DNA from: Tubulanus polymorphus
Taxonomy: Eukaryota > Animalia > Nemertea
DNA length: 64,000 nt
Direction: 5' to 3'
Assembly (NCBI RefSeq): GCF_964204645.1
Contig: NC_134027.1
Coordinates: forward strand, 16,888,560-16,952,559
Both the position numbers and the translations under genes were made by a program. Below the pieces are notes generated by a model. That model did not search any database. It was not told the DNA's origin and saw only the letters and a list, made by a program, of their open reading frames with translations. The first letter of the stretch is position 1, and each line of letters starts with the position of its first letter. Shown here in pieces: positions 1 through 12,419 of the stretch.

Positions 1-355
1 TTATTTATTTAAGCATATTGATAAAAATGGATCATTAACAGAACAAAAAAGACATAACTTAGCATTAGAGAAATACAATAAAGCAGCGGAAGAATATAGA
101 GAAAAGAGGCAAAACTATATGGATTATATTAACAAGGAATTATATGATCAGAAGATTTCACATAGAGATTTTCAATCAGTTGATGATGCAATGAGTTTAT
201 ATAACGCAGTAACAAATAAAGAAAAATTACATCTATACAAACCTAAATTATCAGATTATTATACCCCAAGTAATGAACAGAAGAAATATGAAATAATTTG
301 GATTTTAGGCGGAACTGTTATTGTTATATTCGTTGCTCATAAGTTTACTAATTAG
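1..355 (+). CDS. Conserved ~140-aa Polinton protein with C-terminal TM helix (5' end outside window)
   Basis: Nearly identical to 24103..24525 (EQKRHNLALEKY...YEIIWILGGTVIVIFV). Confidence 0.8.
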   Translation, partial: YLFKHIDKNGSLTEQKRHNLALEKYNKAAEEYREKRQNYMDYINKELYDQKISHRDFQSVDDAMSLYNAVTNKEKLHLYKPKLSDYYTPSNEQKKYEIIWILGGTVIVIFVAHKFTN

Positions 356-377
356 TAATTTTTTTTTTGCTAAATAA

Positions 378-812
378 ATGGAAGATAAAGTTGATAATAT
401 TGATATTATTCCTCATGATATAAATAAAACTAAATTAAAAATATATTTAGAAAAACAAATATTAGAATTTGAAAGTGACTTAAAGATAAAAAAGAAAAAA
501 TAACTAAAAAGTAAAATTATATATTATTTGATTATAAGTGGTTCGGTTACAATTAGTTCTGTAATAACATTTTTAGCAATATTCAGTCCATTAACACCTT
601 TAGCTATATCAATTGGTGTGTTAGGATTAAGTTCAAGTGTTTTAACCGGTATAATTTCAAAATTAAAGATAAAAAGTAATAAAGAAAAAATTAAAACTAA
701 TATAAAAGAAATTAATAAATTAAAGAATACACTAGATTATATAATAAGTTTAAATGGCCATATAACAGTTGAAGAACAAGATAAATTATTAAAAGAATTA
801 GTTAATTATTAA
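378..812 (+). pseudogene. Two-TM membrane protein, internal stop at ~501
   Basis: Ortholog of 50329..50761; hydrophobic SGSVTISSVITFLAIFSPLTPLAISIGVLGLSSSV. Confidence 0.75.
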
Positions 813-828
813 TTTTTTAATTATATAA

Positions 829-2130
829 ATGGGGTTTCCAAAAGCTTTCCAATATAATAAATCAATTAAATATAATATTCCTGCAATAGATTTTAAGAAA
901 AATATTACATATAGAAATGTAGTTTTAAATTCATTAACTAATTTAGAAATTTATGTTACTGAATCACAGTTTTTTATTTCTAAAATGGAAAATATATTTA
1001 ATACATATGAAGTTACTTTTACTCGAGATAAATACCATATATATAAAGTAAAATCTAATATGAAATATTGGCAGAACCAATTAGATTTTGCTGTTTATTG
1101 TGCAACAACAGGATGTGGAATAAGTTGGAATGATCATTTAAATAACTTAGATAAAAATTTGAAGTATTCTGATTTAAAATTAATTCACACAATATTTAGA
1201 TTTCACACATATTTTCAAATCAGAATAATATTAAATGAATTATAATGTCCTTTACCCGGGTCTAAATATTTTAAAGAATTGGATAATAATATTAATATAT
1301 CTAAGTTTCATAAAATATGTAATGAATTTAATATAAATATTAATTCCGATTTCAGAGCGCATGGTAAATTGCAAGGTGTTGGTGAAGATTTTGAAATAAA
1401 AAGAATTGATTATATGCATAGAATTTCAGCTTATCATAATTATAAAATTGATAATAATAATGGTTGGGTTAATTTCATTTTAGAAAATAGTGAAGGTTTT
1501 ACTAAAGCTGGTATACAAAGAATAAATCAATCTATTAGAACTTATTTGATATGCATTTTAGGTGCGCAAGTTGAAACAAGATCCCCAATAATTGGAAATG
1601 ATAACACTTCATTCGATGCGCAGAAACAGTTTAAAGTATTATTTGAAGATTCAATTCATAATGATAAAAATAGATCGATTCCAGAAAACATTGTAAGATA
1701 TCAAAATTATTTAGATAAATCACATATTAGATTAAATTATTGTTTAGGCCCTAATCTATTAATTATTTCTAATGATTTAGTATTAAAGATGGGAAATATA
1801 ATTGGTTATAATAATCTAATTAAAACTGCAACAGTAAATAATTCATTTGGATTGAATGATATAAATAAAAAGATTATTACTGCTCCAAAATTAATGGAAG
1901 GTGAAAAAAATAAAAAACACATTCAATCAACAGAAACTAAAACTAATAATATCAAATTAAATAATGATTCTAAAATAAAAGATTACAATACATCAGAAAA
2001 TATTAGAACTGATAATATTCAACATGATATAATTAAACTAAATGATGATAATAAATCCCATGAAAATGCTAAATTAGCTTTAACTTGTATAGGAATTGTA
2101 ATCGGAGGAATATTATATTTTAGATTTTAA
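829..2130 (+). pseudogene. Conserved ~433-aa Polinton protein (WQNQLDFAVYCATTGCG) with C-terminal TM; internal stop 1243-1245
   Basis: Two in-frame ORFs matching 22335..23636 and 49376..50312. Confidence 0.8.
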
Positions 2131-2146
2131 TTTTTTTATTATATAA

Positions 2147-3829
2147 ATGGATGAAGAAATTCCATTGGATCCTTTAGATGAACCTGGTATAAGTGATGAA
2201 CAACAACCTGATTTTAGTGAAACAAGTTTTAATGACGGTAATGAGCCAGAATATAATACTAATTTAGGTGAAGATGATGATTATGATGATGATTATGATG
2301 GAATTAATTCCGAATTACGTGAAAAATTAATTAAATATTTACAAGCTCCTGAAAGTGGTAGAATTTCAACTAGAACAGAAAGAAAAGAATTTATGAAACT
2401 ATTAGAAAAAGAACAAGAAGAATATCCTGATAAACCCATGGAATTATATAGAATGAAATCTAGAGTAACAGATACAATTGTTAACGAATTATTGCCAAAA
2501 GTTGTAATACATGAAATTGATACTGAAGATGTTGTAGAACAAATTTTTAAAGATGACCCATATTTCACGAATAATTTAGAATTTAAAAATGATTCGTGGT
2601 ATTATAATCTTGAATTAAATAGGAATACTGTATCAATTCAATTATCTAGAATGGGTCAAGAAAATATTTTTGAACCTGGAATGCGAGCATTATCTACAAT
2701 TGAAGGTTCAAAAGGCGGTAGAGAATTTCTCAGAATTATATGGAATGCAATCGATAGAATAAATGAAGAAGAACCAATTCCTAATATTGATATAAACAAA
2801 TATTCACCATTTAAAAATCCAAATCCAAATCCTACTGATGTTGATCCAGAAATGGAAGATCATAGAGATCGATAAGATAAATTAAGATCTTCAACGCCCG
2901 AAACATCGAGAAGAGACACTCAACAAATTGATAATGATTCAAGTCAATTACAATTAACATTTGAAAAACAAATTGATAGATTAAGAGATTCAGAAGAAGA
3001 GATGAATAGTACTGGAATAAATCGAATGCAATATTTACTAGAAAAAGGATTACTTGATTTAACTGATGAAGAATTAAAACAATTTCCTGAAAAAGCACGT
3101 AGAGAAATTAAAGGTGTACAAATATCAGCTGGTGAAATTGCTAATATTAAGATGAGATTTTCTAAAATAACCATGTTAGAAAAAGAATTAGCTAATGAAA
3201 ATGAAGAATTAAAACAATTAGAATTAAATAAAAATCTTCAAGTAATAGAGGAAGCTGATTATGAAAGCAGAAAGTTAGCTTTAGTAAAAAAAATGGATGA
3301 TTTAGAATATAACATAGAATTACAAAAAGAAGAAAGGGATACATTATTAAAATCATATGATCTTAATCATATTAAAAAATTAAAAGTTATTTTTAAAGAT
3401 TTGTTGATAAAACCAGATTCTAAAATATCATTGAAAGATAGAATCAAATTATTATTTAAATTAGAAGGAATAACAATTCTTTCAATTCTAACAGCTGTAA
3501 CTATGTTATTTACAACAATTGGTTTAGCAATATCAAATGCTTTAAAATCTACTCCTACTCCAAATAAACCGGATAAACCCCCAGGCAATAATTCTATACA
3601 AGATAAAGTTAAAGATGGTTAAAAGAAATTAGCAAAATATTTATGGGAACTATCTAAAAAATCTGCTGGAGCATTGCCCGGAGTTATTGCATCAATTGTT
3701 GGTTTTATATTGAAATATGCAGGAAACATTATTAACTTTGCTGCTGAACATATTATTTTATTTTTAATTACAGTTGTAAGTGCTATTATTTTTGGGTTAG
3801 TGAATATGATATCAAAAAATATCAAGTAA
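2147..3829 (+). pseudogene. Acidic/coiled-coil protein with C-terminal hydrophobic helices, disrupted
   Basis: ORFs 2147..2875 and 3002..3622 plus frameshifted tail; C-terminus matches 47780..48202 and 20895..21245. Confidence 0.75.
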
Positions 3830-3869
3830 CCATGATAAAAAAGAAATAATTAATTTTTTTGTTAAATAA

Positions 3870-5117
3870 ATGAGTGGGAGTTATATCAATCCTTCTAAGA
3901 ATCATAGAATATCTAATGCTATTAAAGCAGACAGATCACATCATATAATTACTCATAACCCTTCTAATATCAATCCCGATGAAACTTTATATGTTAGAAT
4001 TCATAGATTAACTCAAAATACTTTTTATGTTCCAAATAGTATTTATTTATCAGCTGATATAAAAGTAATCGGTAATAATAATAATTATGTTGTTGATAAT
4101 GTTGGAAGATATTTGATTAAAAAATTAACTATAAAGATTGGTCCAGAAACAGTTTTCTCATTAGATGATTATAATTTATTTATGCATTATAAAGATTTAT
4201 GGTTAACTAAAGAAAATAGAAATAATATGATATTTCAGGGTATTCAATCGGAAAACCATAATAAATTAAGATCGGGAGCTAATGACGCAATAGTAACTCG
4301 TGCCACAGATAATTTGATTAAAAAGATTTATGGAAGCAAATATAAAATTCCATTAGACTTTGAATTGATAAATAATAATGCACCTTTATATAAATATGTA
4401 ATTCAAGAAGATATTATATTTGAGATAACATTTGCTCCTGTAAATGAAATTGTATTATCTGGCGTTGTTAAAGATATGGGTTATAAATTATCGAATATAT
4501 GTTTAGAATATGATACAGTAACTGATGAAAATATTGCAAGTATAATTCAAACTCAAAACAATCAAGGATTTTCATTATTATATGATTATATTGATAAATT
4601 TAAAACTGTAACTATTAATGCAAGTGATGAAATAATTAATGAGAATATTAACTTCCCAAGAAGATCTATTAAAGGTATATTAATATTTTTTACCATTGCA
4701 ACATATACTAATGGCGCAATAAATGTTGATAATTATTATAATCCTGAAATAACAAAAGTAGAAATAACTATCGAAGGAATAGCAAATAAAATATTTTGTC
4801 AAGGAATGAGAATGATTGATCAGTGGCCAGAAATTAGAAAACATTTTATGAATGAAAAAGTAAAATCATCTGAAAATTGTAATATTAATCAAATTGATTA
4901 TTATACCGGTAATAAATACGCATTATGGTTAGATTTTAAAACAACAGAGGATAATTCATTACATGGTTCTGGAAAAAAATTACATAACACTAAAGATGGA
5001 ATACAATTATTCTTGGCAAAGAATAAAGGAATCAAAAATTTTGAAATGCACATTTATATTATATCTGACGCGCAATTAAATATTGTAAATTCACAATTAG
5101 ATAGTGTTATGTATTAA
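3870..5117 (+). CDS. Major capsid protein (double jelly-roll, Polinton type), intact 415 aa
   Basis: Size, beta-rich pattern, motifs HNPSNINPDETLYVRI and ALWLDFKTTEDNSLHGSG; conserved position in three copies. Confidence 0.82.
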   Translation: MSGSYINPSKNHRISNAIKADRSHHIITHNPSNINPDETLYVRIHRLTQNTFYVPNSIYLSADIKVIGNNNNYVVDNVGRYLIKKLTIKIGPETVFSLDDYNLFMHYKDLWLTKENRNNMIFQGIQSENHNKLRSGANDAIVTRATDNLIKKIYGSKYKIPLDFELINNNAPLYKYVIQEDIIFEITFAPVNEIVLSGVVKDMGYKLSNICLEYDTVTDENIASIIQTQNNQGFSLLYDYIDKFKTVTINASDEIINENINFPRRSIKGILIFFTIATYTNGAINVDNYYNPEITKVEITIEGIANKIFCQGMRMIDQWPEIRKHFMNEKVKSSENCNINQIDYYTGNKYALWLDFKTTEDNSLHGSGKKLHNTKDGIQLFLAKNKGIKNFEMHIYIISDAQLNIVNSQLDSVMY

Positions 5118-5149
5118 AATTTTAACTTTAATAAATATTTATTATATAA

Positions 5150-6255
5150 ATGGAAGGTAGAATATATGAAATACAAACTCCAAGTGAAATGACAACAGAT
5201 ATATATTATATATTACCTTATGATGAATACATTAAGCATTTTGGAGATTACTTTAATCAATTCAAATATAGAATAAGTAAAATAAAAGATAATATTGAAA
5301 CTAAAATAGAAGATAAGAATGATATTGAATATAAAATAGAAGATGATATTGAAACTAAAATAGAAGATAGTAATAATATTGAAACTAAAATAGAAGATGT
5401 AACAGCATCTACATCTTATAATATACCCTCTACATATGATATTGAATCAAAAAAGATTATTATAATCCAAAATATTGTGATGTATGTAAGAACTATATAT
5501 CATATAAAAATTGGGCATCACATAAGAAATCAAAGAAACATATAGAAAAAGAAAAGAATAATAATGATTATAATATATCAGTTAGTAATATAAAAGATAA
5601 TGTTAACCCAATTGAAACTAATGATACCATAGATAATATAACAGATAATGTAATAAATAATGTTAACCCAATCGAAACTAATGATAATGATATAACAGAT
5701 AATGAAATAATTGATGATTCTAAAAAACATTGTAACATTTGTAATTTAGATATTTCTAAAAGTAATTTTTCTAAACATAAAAAATCTAAGGGGCACATAG
5801 AAAATGAAAAAGAATTAATATGTGATTATTGTAATAAAGAAATTGAACCTGTTGATAAAATTACTCATTATAAATCAAAATTACATCTAATTAATGTTTA
5901 TAAAAAAGTGGGTATGTTACCATTGTTAGATGAACCAAAGAAATATATCAAATATTTTAATCCTGAAACTAAACAATACCATATATTCTTTAAGTTGTTA
6001 TTTGATAAATTATTAGCTTATGCAGAAGATAATCCTGACCAAATATATAAATTAGCGTATAATGGACACCTAGATTTATTTAATTTATTAAATGATTTTG
6101 AATTTGATTTTGATGGTGATAATTGTAATGATTACTTTGAAAAATTAAGAATAAAAGCTGGATTAAGCGATGATGAACGTAGAATGAAGGATGAAATAGA
6201 ATTAATAAATAGGCCAAAGACTTCTGATGAATTTGATATAAACAAAGATGATTAA
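5150..6255 (+). pseudogene. Variable zinc-finger protein (CxxC..HxxxxxH units, ETKIED repeats), frameshifted
   Basis: ORFs 5150..5545 and 5908..6255 with intervening CNIC..KHKKSKGH and CDYC..H frames; positional counterpart of 43422..44135. Confidence 0.6.
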
Positions 6256-6336
6256 AAATGTTATGTTAGATTACAAATGTATTAGAAACAAAATTAGAAT
6301 AATTATTATAAAACTATTTATATATCTATAAAAATA

Positions 6337-6622
6337 TTTATATATCTATGCACTAGACGTATGAGTAAGAAAGTAAGAACCCAAGAATCCTTACCAAGAA
6401 ATATAAATTATAAACATAAATTATAAACATAAATTATAAACATAAATTATAAACATAAATTATAAACATAGTTTTAATATATAATTTATTCATTATATAT
6501 ATTTCATTTGATAATTCATATTTCTATGGACTAGACGTACGTAAGAATCCAAGATTCTTGCCAAGAAAGTAAAAAGGTAAGAATCTTACTTTCTTACGTA
6601 CGTCTAGTACATAGATATATAA
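6337..6622. repeat. Inverted repeat enclosing a short (ATAAATTATAAAC)n tandem tract between convergent genes
   Basis: tttatatatctatgcactagacgta...agtaagaaagtaag vs cttactttcttacgtacgtctagtacatagatatataaa; tandem tract ~6402-6470. Confidence 0.75.
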
Positions 6623-6655
6623 ATTAGTTTCTATAATATTCCAAATTATAAAAAT

Positions 6656-7267
6656 TTATTTTATAAATTTATATTCATAGGGAAATTGTAATCTCAGTAA
6701 TGATTTTGAACCTTTATGATTCTTTAATTTATTCATATATTCATCATGTAATTCAGTAGGTATAATTTGATTTTCTTCCAATGATTGTTGCATAGATTTT
6801 CTATCTTTGTTATAAAATAAAACTAGAAATCTTATATTCTCCCTAAAGTCCTTAACAATTGAATTATATTTTTGATTTAAAACCCATGTTGTTATCCCAA
6901 AATGTCTCCCAGAGAAAGCTAAATAACATAACTCACTTTCTCTCACTTTTGAATCATGTAAATTAGCGCAATCATCTATAATGAATAATGTATTTGATCC
7001 TTTATAAGTATCAATTGCTATTTTCATACAATTATCTAAATTTTCTTTTACTGTTTTAGGATCTAATATAATAAACTTTTTCATCTTAACTATATCTCTA
7101 TTATATGTTTTATTCATTTCATAAGTAGGAGAGAATAATATTATATTATCAAAATGATTCTTATAAATAGTTTCTAACAAATCTAATATGAAATGTGTTT
7201 TACCACAGTTTGTTACACCAGTAACTAACATATTATGCGGTTCAAATATAAATAAATCTTTATTCAT
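6656..7267 (-). CDS. A32/FtsK-like genome packaging ATPase
   Basis: Walker A GVTNCGKT, Walker B LFIIDD, GRH and downstream Q. Confidence 0.92.
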   Translation of the reverse strand: MNKDLFIFEPHNMLVTGVTNCGKTHFILDLLETIYKNHFDNIILFSPTYEMNKTYNRDIVKMKKFIILDPKTVKENLDNCMKIAIDTYKGSNTLFIIDDCANLHDSKVRESELCYLAFSGRHFGITTWVLNQKYNSIVKDFRENIRFLVLFYNKDRKSMQQSLEENQIIPTELHDEYMNKLKNHKGSKSLLRLQFPYEYKFIK

Positions 7268-8390
7268 TTATTCTCTTAATTTTACTAGATAAAATCCATT
7301 CATTAAATTTATCATCGTATCCTTTATATTTCACCAAAGAATACTTTTTTCCTTTAAGAGTTTTTGTTTTCAATACTTTTTCTATTTTGTATTCTATTTC
7401 ATCTGGATTTGGTACAAGTGATAATTCTTGTTCATAGAAATAACCTAATATTTTATCATCTTTTAGATCTTCTAATTTATAAACAAATGGTTTAGTTAAT
7501 ATTATCTTTTTAATCTTAAATATTTCTTCTGTAAAATTAGGGGTATAACCTTTATAAAAGGTTTTTCTATATTTAGATATTCTTACGTGTTGTCCTATTT
7601 TAAATTTAGGTTCTCCGAAATCATGTGTAACAAATGCTCCATATAAATTGTTCCAAACTATTTCTGAATTATCTTCTTTTCTAGCTTGTATAGGTTTCAT
7701 ATTTATAGAATTATGTTTAGAATTATTATAACCTTTCACTAAATCATCTAATATATTTATAGACTCATCGATATATTTATATGTTTCATTAGCAGTAAAA
7801 TATTTCCATATTCTAGTTTTCAATGTTTTATTAAATCTTTCTATAATAGATGCTTTTTTATCTGAGTGTGTTGAAAAATAGTCTACATCGTTATCAGATA
7901 ATAGTTTTTCGAAATGTTTGTTATAAAATTCCTTACCTTCATCAAATTGTATCTTATCTGGAATAGCTTCTTTAAATATTGATTTAAAAGCATTTGTTAC
8001 TTCTATTCCAGTTTTATTTTTGATTGGAATTGACCATGCGTATCTACTGAATATATCTATAACATTTAATATCCAGAAATATCCTTTGTTGTATTCTTCT
8101 AAGTTCTTCATGTCAATTAAATCTGCTTGCCACTGTTGATCGATATATGAAACCATAACTTTCCTTGTTAAATAAGTTTTATCCATTTTCTTGTGGATTT
8201 GATATGTTGGTTGATTTTGTAACCATGATTTTAATTCACTATATTTTATACCACCGTGTGGGTGCCGTACGGCACCATTACCATTTTCATTATCAGATTT
8301 AATTTTATTCCATAATTCTGAAACGTTAGAATATGATACTTCACTTTCTGGGTTATAATATAAATCTCTTAAATATTGTTCTTTTTTCAT
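7260..8390 (-). CDS. Retroviral-like (rve) DDE integrase with C-terminal chromodomain
   Basis: WQADLIDM, IQFDEGKEF, ASIIERFNKTLK; YKIEKVL...LVKYKGYDDKFNEWI. Confidence 0.95.
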   Translation of the reverse strand: MKKEQYLRDLYYNPESEVSYSNVSELWNKIKSDNENGNGAVRHPHGGIKYSELKSWLQNQPTYQIHKKMDKTYLTRKVMVSYIDQQWQADLIDMKNLEEYNKGYFWILNVIDIFSRYAWSIPIKNKTGIEVTNAFKSIFKEAIPDKIQFDEGKEFYNKHFEKLLSDNDVDYFSTHSDKKASIIERFNKTLKTRIWKYFTANETYKYIDESINILDDLVKGYNNSKHNSINMKPIQARKEDNSEIVWNNLYGAFVTHDFGEPKFKIGQHVRISKYRKTFYKGYTPNFTEEIFKIKKIILTKPFVYKLEDLKDDKILGYFYEQELSLVPNPDEIEYKIEKVLKTKTLKGKKYSLVKYKGYDDKFNEWILSSKIKRINE

Positions 8391-8396
8391 TCTATT

Positions 8397-9064
8397 TTAA
8401 TCCATTAATAATAATTTAGATTTAGTTTCAATGACTTTATGATTTGACTTATTTTCTGGTATGATAGGTTTATTATCATTGGAATCATCTTTATCATCGG
8501 ATTTGAATTTTGATTTATATATTACACCAGAGAATATAATAACTGTTACTAATCCAATTGTAATATATAATTTATAATTACTTCCAGCATTAGAAGGATT
8601 AGATGGATTATTATTTGAATCAATATCAGATAATTTCTGTGATTCATTTATATCAGTTAATTTCTTTTTCTTAGCTTTTTTTAATTCTGAAGATTTTTTA
8701 CCTAATTCTCTTGCCCATTTAATTTGTTACTCGGATCTAACCTTTTTCTTAACATCGTCACTCATTTATTTTAGTTAATTTTTGTTCTGGTTCATTTTCT
8801 GTTTCACCGTTTGGTTGTAGTACAGCGTCATCTGTTTCGTTCTTACCTGATTTATATTCCATAGGCTTGATATTCGAAAATGTTATGACACCAGTAGAAA
8901 TTAATGTCATAACCGATCCTAATTGAAATGAAGCATAACCAACCCATTTTTGTAATTCAGTCATAACTAAGTAGTCATTTTTCAAATCACTATATAATTT
9001 ATTTTCATCATCAATTGGCATTAACTGGTTACATAACTTAGAATAACATTTGACTATACCATCA
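8397..9064 (-). pseudogene. Remnants of the 196-aa and 119-aa (single-TM) accessory genes
   Basis: Match 40319..40909 (5' part deleted) and 40920..41279 (internal stop). Confidence 0.75.
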
Positions 9065-9247
9065 AGTTAAAGAACTCTAGTATTGACTACTGATACTAGC
9101 TATTTGAATTTAAAGATTTTCTATTTGAATCTATTCAAAATATAAAGTATTCTCTTTTTGAAAAGAAAGTATTAAAAATATAATAGAATTCACTAGCTAG
9201 TTGAAGTTATTGTTTTTTTATTATATTTTATTTAAATTAGGATTTAG

Positions 9248-9326
9248 ATTATCTCACTACTATTGTCTATCTATTAGGAGCAGTAACTATAACTGTCCTG
9301 ATAAGTCATTTCGGATTCTTGATAAT
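9248..9326 (-). ncRNA. Conserved structured motif, copy in A
   Basis: attatc-aagaatccgaaatgac-ttatc-aggacagt..actgctcc..gatag..agtagtga-gataat; stems covary with copies in B and C. Confidence 0.55.
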
Positions 9327-10159
9327 AAATCCTAAAACTGAAAATAAATTCAAAGAAACGACTGGTGGAAATACTATTTCATAAACACACATATATTTTA
9401 TTCTACAATCATTATCGATTTCCACATTCCAAGCCGCTCCAGAGAGGAGCGGTAAGGTATGCGTGGAATGCAGGAATCAATAAAGTATAATACAACATCT
9501 GTCACTGTGTGTCATTAACAACAGCTTAATGACGCAATTGACATTCCGACAAACGTAATGCATTGGAAGCCTATACAGTATGGCTAAACTGCTACAGTCT
9601 CATGAGTTGAAATATCCATTATTTCTGATTCCACGTCCATCTATCTTCACTTTCTTGATTCAATAGTCTTCATTTAGTTATCTAAAAGATAAATATCTAG
9701 CTTAGAATAAAACTAACTTGAAGTTGTAGTTGTAAAATATTAATTACAACACTTAAACATGACCATTTTGTGGCGCATCTTACCAGGATAAGTTTTACAT
9801 GTTTAGCGTTTTCCAACGCCTTAATAACAACAAAAACAGTACTTACATTTATAACTGTAAACTCCTAAAATTGTGTTTATAGAGAGAATATCCTATACGT
9901 TCCTATGCTTATGTGCTGCGCGTTTATAACTGCCAGTTATTCACTAGCTAAACACCGTCTGGTGCAACAGATGTTCCTTCTTTTGTAATATAATTGATTA
10001 ATCCTTTTCAACTGAAATAGCACGTTCGATCAATATTCAAATGAGGTGCGCCCTATTCAACTGAATATGAAATGCGGCACAGATGTTTTTGTAAACAACC
10101 TAATACAATTACATACAGGCGGTTTGACATAGATCGAGAGAAACCGGTTTTCTAAGCGT

Positions 10160-10812
10160 TTAACATTCAACGTATTTTTCATTATGTGTTGAGTTCCATA
10201 ATTCAACAAATGTCTTTGCTTTATCCAGTTGATGTAAATATAACTGTATATCTAGTTTATTAGATTTAATTATGTTTTCCTTCTTTTCTAAAGGTCTTAA
10301 ATTTCTCCAACCCCAAATAAGTTTTTTATTGTATTCATCATTCATGTTAAATTTAGAAATCGGCAACACGTGATCAATATGAAAGTATTCACCATAATTA
10401 TCTATATTCATTTTATCATCGAATTGAAATATAATCCATGATTTGAGAAATTCATCTGAACAACCCAATAGATTAGATAGTGTTTCTGAATGCGTTTCTT
10501 TGTTGAATAATTGTGTTAATCTAGACCTTAAGCATTGTTTTAATCTAAAATTAAGATCTGTTGATATCCTTCTCTCATATATTCTGCCATATAATAATTA
10601 TAATGTTCTATATTATCTTCTCGATATTGTTTGGTATATAGTTTAGTGCAAGTTTTACAACAATATTGAAAACCATCTTTGCTAATCTTACGCTTACTAA
10701 ATTCTGTTAATGATTTATCTAATTCACATTTAGAACACTTCTTGTAATATATATTTATAACACCAGCAGTGTTATTTGTAATATTGATAATTTGTGGTTG
10801 TTCTGGTTCCAT
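10160..10812 (-). pseudogene. HNH endonuclease with N-terminal CxxC zinc ribbon, frameshifted
   Basis: KKCSKC..DGFQYCCKTC; HIDHVLP..NLRPLEKKENIIKSNK; ortholog of 39348..40016. Confidence 0.85.
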
Positions 10813-10889
10813 TTATTATATGTATTTTTTACTAAATTGGTTAATATTTTAGAATCCTTTTCCATTTCTTCGACCAACGTCATCCTTTT

Positions 10890-11141
10890 TCATTCCTCGC
10901 TGCTTTTGATAAATTGTTTCGATTCCTTGATATCAAATTCCTCAACGTATTGTTCATTATTTGGATCATTATTCCATAATTCAATAAATTTCTTTGCCTT
11001 TGTTAACTGTTCTGAATATAACTGTAAATATTCTAGTTTCAATTTATTCTCTAAATGTGTTTTAGTTTTATTGTGTCTTGCTTTTTGGGAGTTATTTACA
11101 TTGATATTACATGTTGGACAGTAGTACTTATTTGCTTCCAT
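10890..11141 (-). CDS. Small zinc-finger ORF starting inside the TIR
   Basis: YYCPTCN...HNKTKTH; first ~38 aa equal the pPolB N-terminus of copy C. Confidence 0.6.
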   Translation of the reverse strand: MEANKYYCPTCNINVNNSQKARHNKTKTHLENKLKLEYLQLYSEQLTKAKKFIELWNNDPNNEQYVEEFDIKESKQFIKSSEE

Positions 11142-11672
11142 TTTAATACTAAATTTTTTATTAAAATTGATTTTAGAAGTTCAATGATTTATATCATGCA
11201 TTATTTCAATCACACTTTACTAACACTTTTTATGTTTAAACATCTAACTCACACAAATATAAATATTGAAATAATGTTGTAAATATATACTTTTATATTG
11301 AATAATCTGTCAATTTAAATGTTATTCATTTATATGAATATTTTAAGAGTAATAGGGATAATAGGCTTTCAGGTTAAAGGTTGAATGGTCGAGTTCATTA
11401 ATAACAAAACATTAAAAGTAATTTAAAACTATAATATATTTTCATAACCGTGTGTATTTCAGTTGAATAATAGAATAATTATTATTATTAAAATATATTT
11501 GATTATATGCTTTTTAAATTATTGATATCTTAGAATAAATATTTAGTTATAATATAAAATACACACGGTTATGAAAATATATTATAGTTTTAAATTACTT
11601 TTAATGTTACTTTTGTTTTTAATGAACTCGACCGTTCGACCTTTGATTTGAAAGCCTATTATCCCTATTACT
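11028..11672. repeat. Terminal inverted repeat of A, with fold-back 11348-11672
   Basis: Homologous to 56887-57611; AGTAATAGGGATAATAGGCTTTCA ... TGAAAGCCTATTATCCCTATTACT. Confidence 0.88.
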
Positions 11673-12419
11673 GACGCGGAATGATTTACTCACTCCTTGC
11701 TTATCATCGTTGAGAAAACAGCTACTCTCAGCGAGTTACCAACAGACGTATACAACAAGAGAAACTTTAGAGAGCTAGTATTATCATTTGACACAAATTA
11801 ATTTTCTTAAAACTTTAGCGATTATAGAGACTTTGTACTCATTTAACATCTAGGATATTCAAATTAAATATATTTTTGAAACTATAGTATTTGTCTCAGA
11901 TTATGGTACCACTGATTATTTCTTTTTGAATTATTATAAATACTTTTGATTCGGAACTTCATTATGATCCCCCATCTCTCTTAAGATCATTCTAAAGCTG
12001 TTATACTAAATAAATTTGATTACAATGCGGGATAAAGCAAAACAACAATATCTCCCCATACTTCCGTTTTTCTTTTTATAGAAAGTAGTCTGGAGTATCA
12101 TGAAGTAACAGCGTGATTCTTTCACCAGCCGCATAATAAATGCAACCCATTGTTCCGACCAAATACGGTTCCGTCTATTCTTAAGTTTATAAAAAGATTT
12201 CTGAATGTTTGCCAGATAACGCAGCAGAAGAACCGAGAAAGAATTATTTTTACACCAGGCTGATTTATGGTCAGCGCTGATAGATCAAAGCATCAAACAA
12301 CAACCTGCCTACTACATCTTACTACGTTTGTTGTCTGAAACCATTAATAACCACCAACGCATTCAGGAAATCAACATTACAAACATTTTTTAGCTACTAC
12401 GAAATCTTGCTGCGGATCA
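11673..12419 (-). repeat. 3' LTR (truncated by insertion of Polinton A)
   Basis: Near-identical to 34619-35361; begins TGATCCGC on minus strand, preceded by purine tract GGATGGGGAG (plus 12423-12432). Confidence 0.85.

Larger units (their letters stand above)
1..11672 (+). mobile_element. Polinton/Maverick-like element copy A (left part outside window)
   Basis: MCP, ATPase, rve integrase, HNH genes orthologous to copies B/C; ends in ...CCCTATTACT like the other copies; right flank GACGCG lies inside a Gypsy LTR. Confidence 0.93.
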
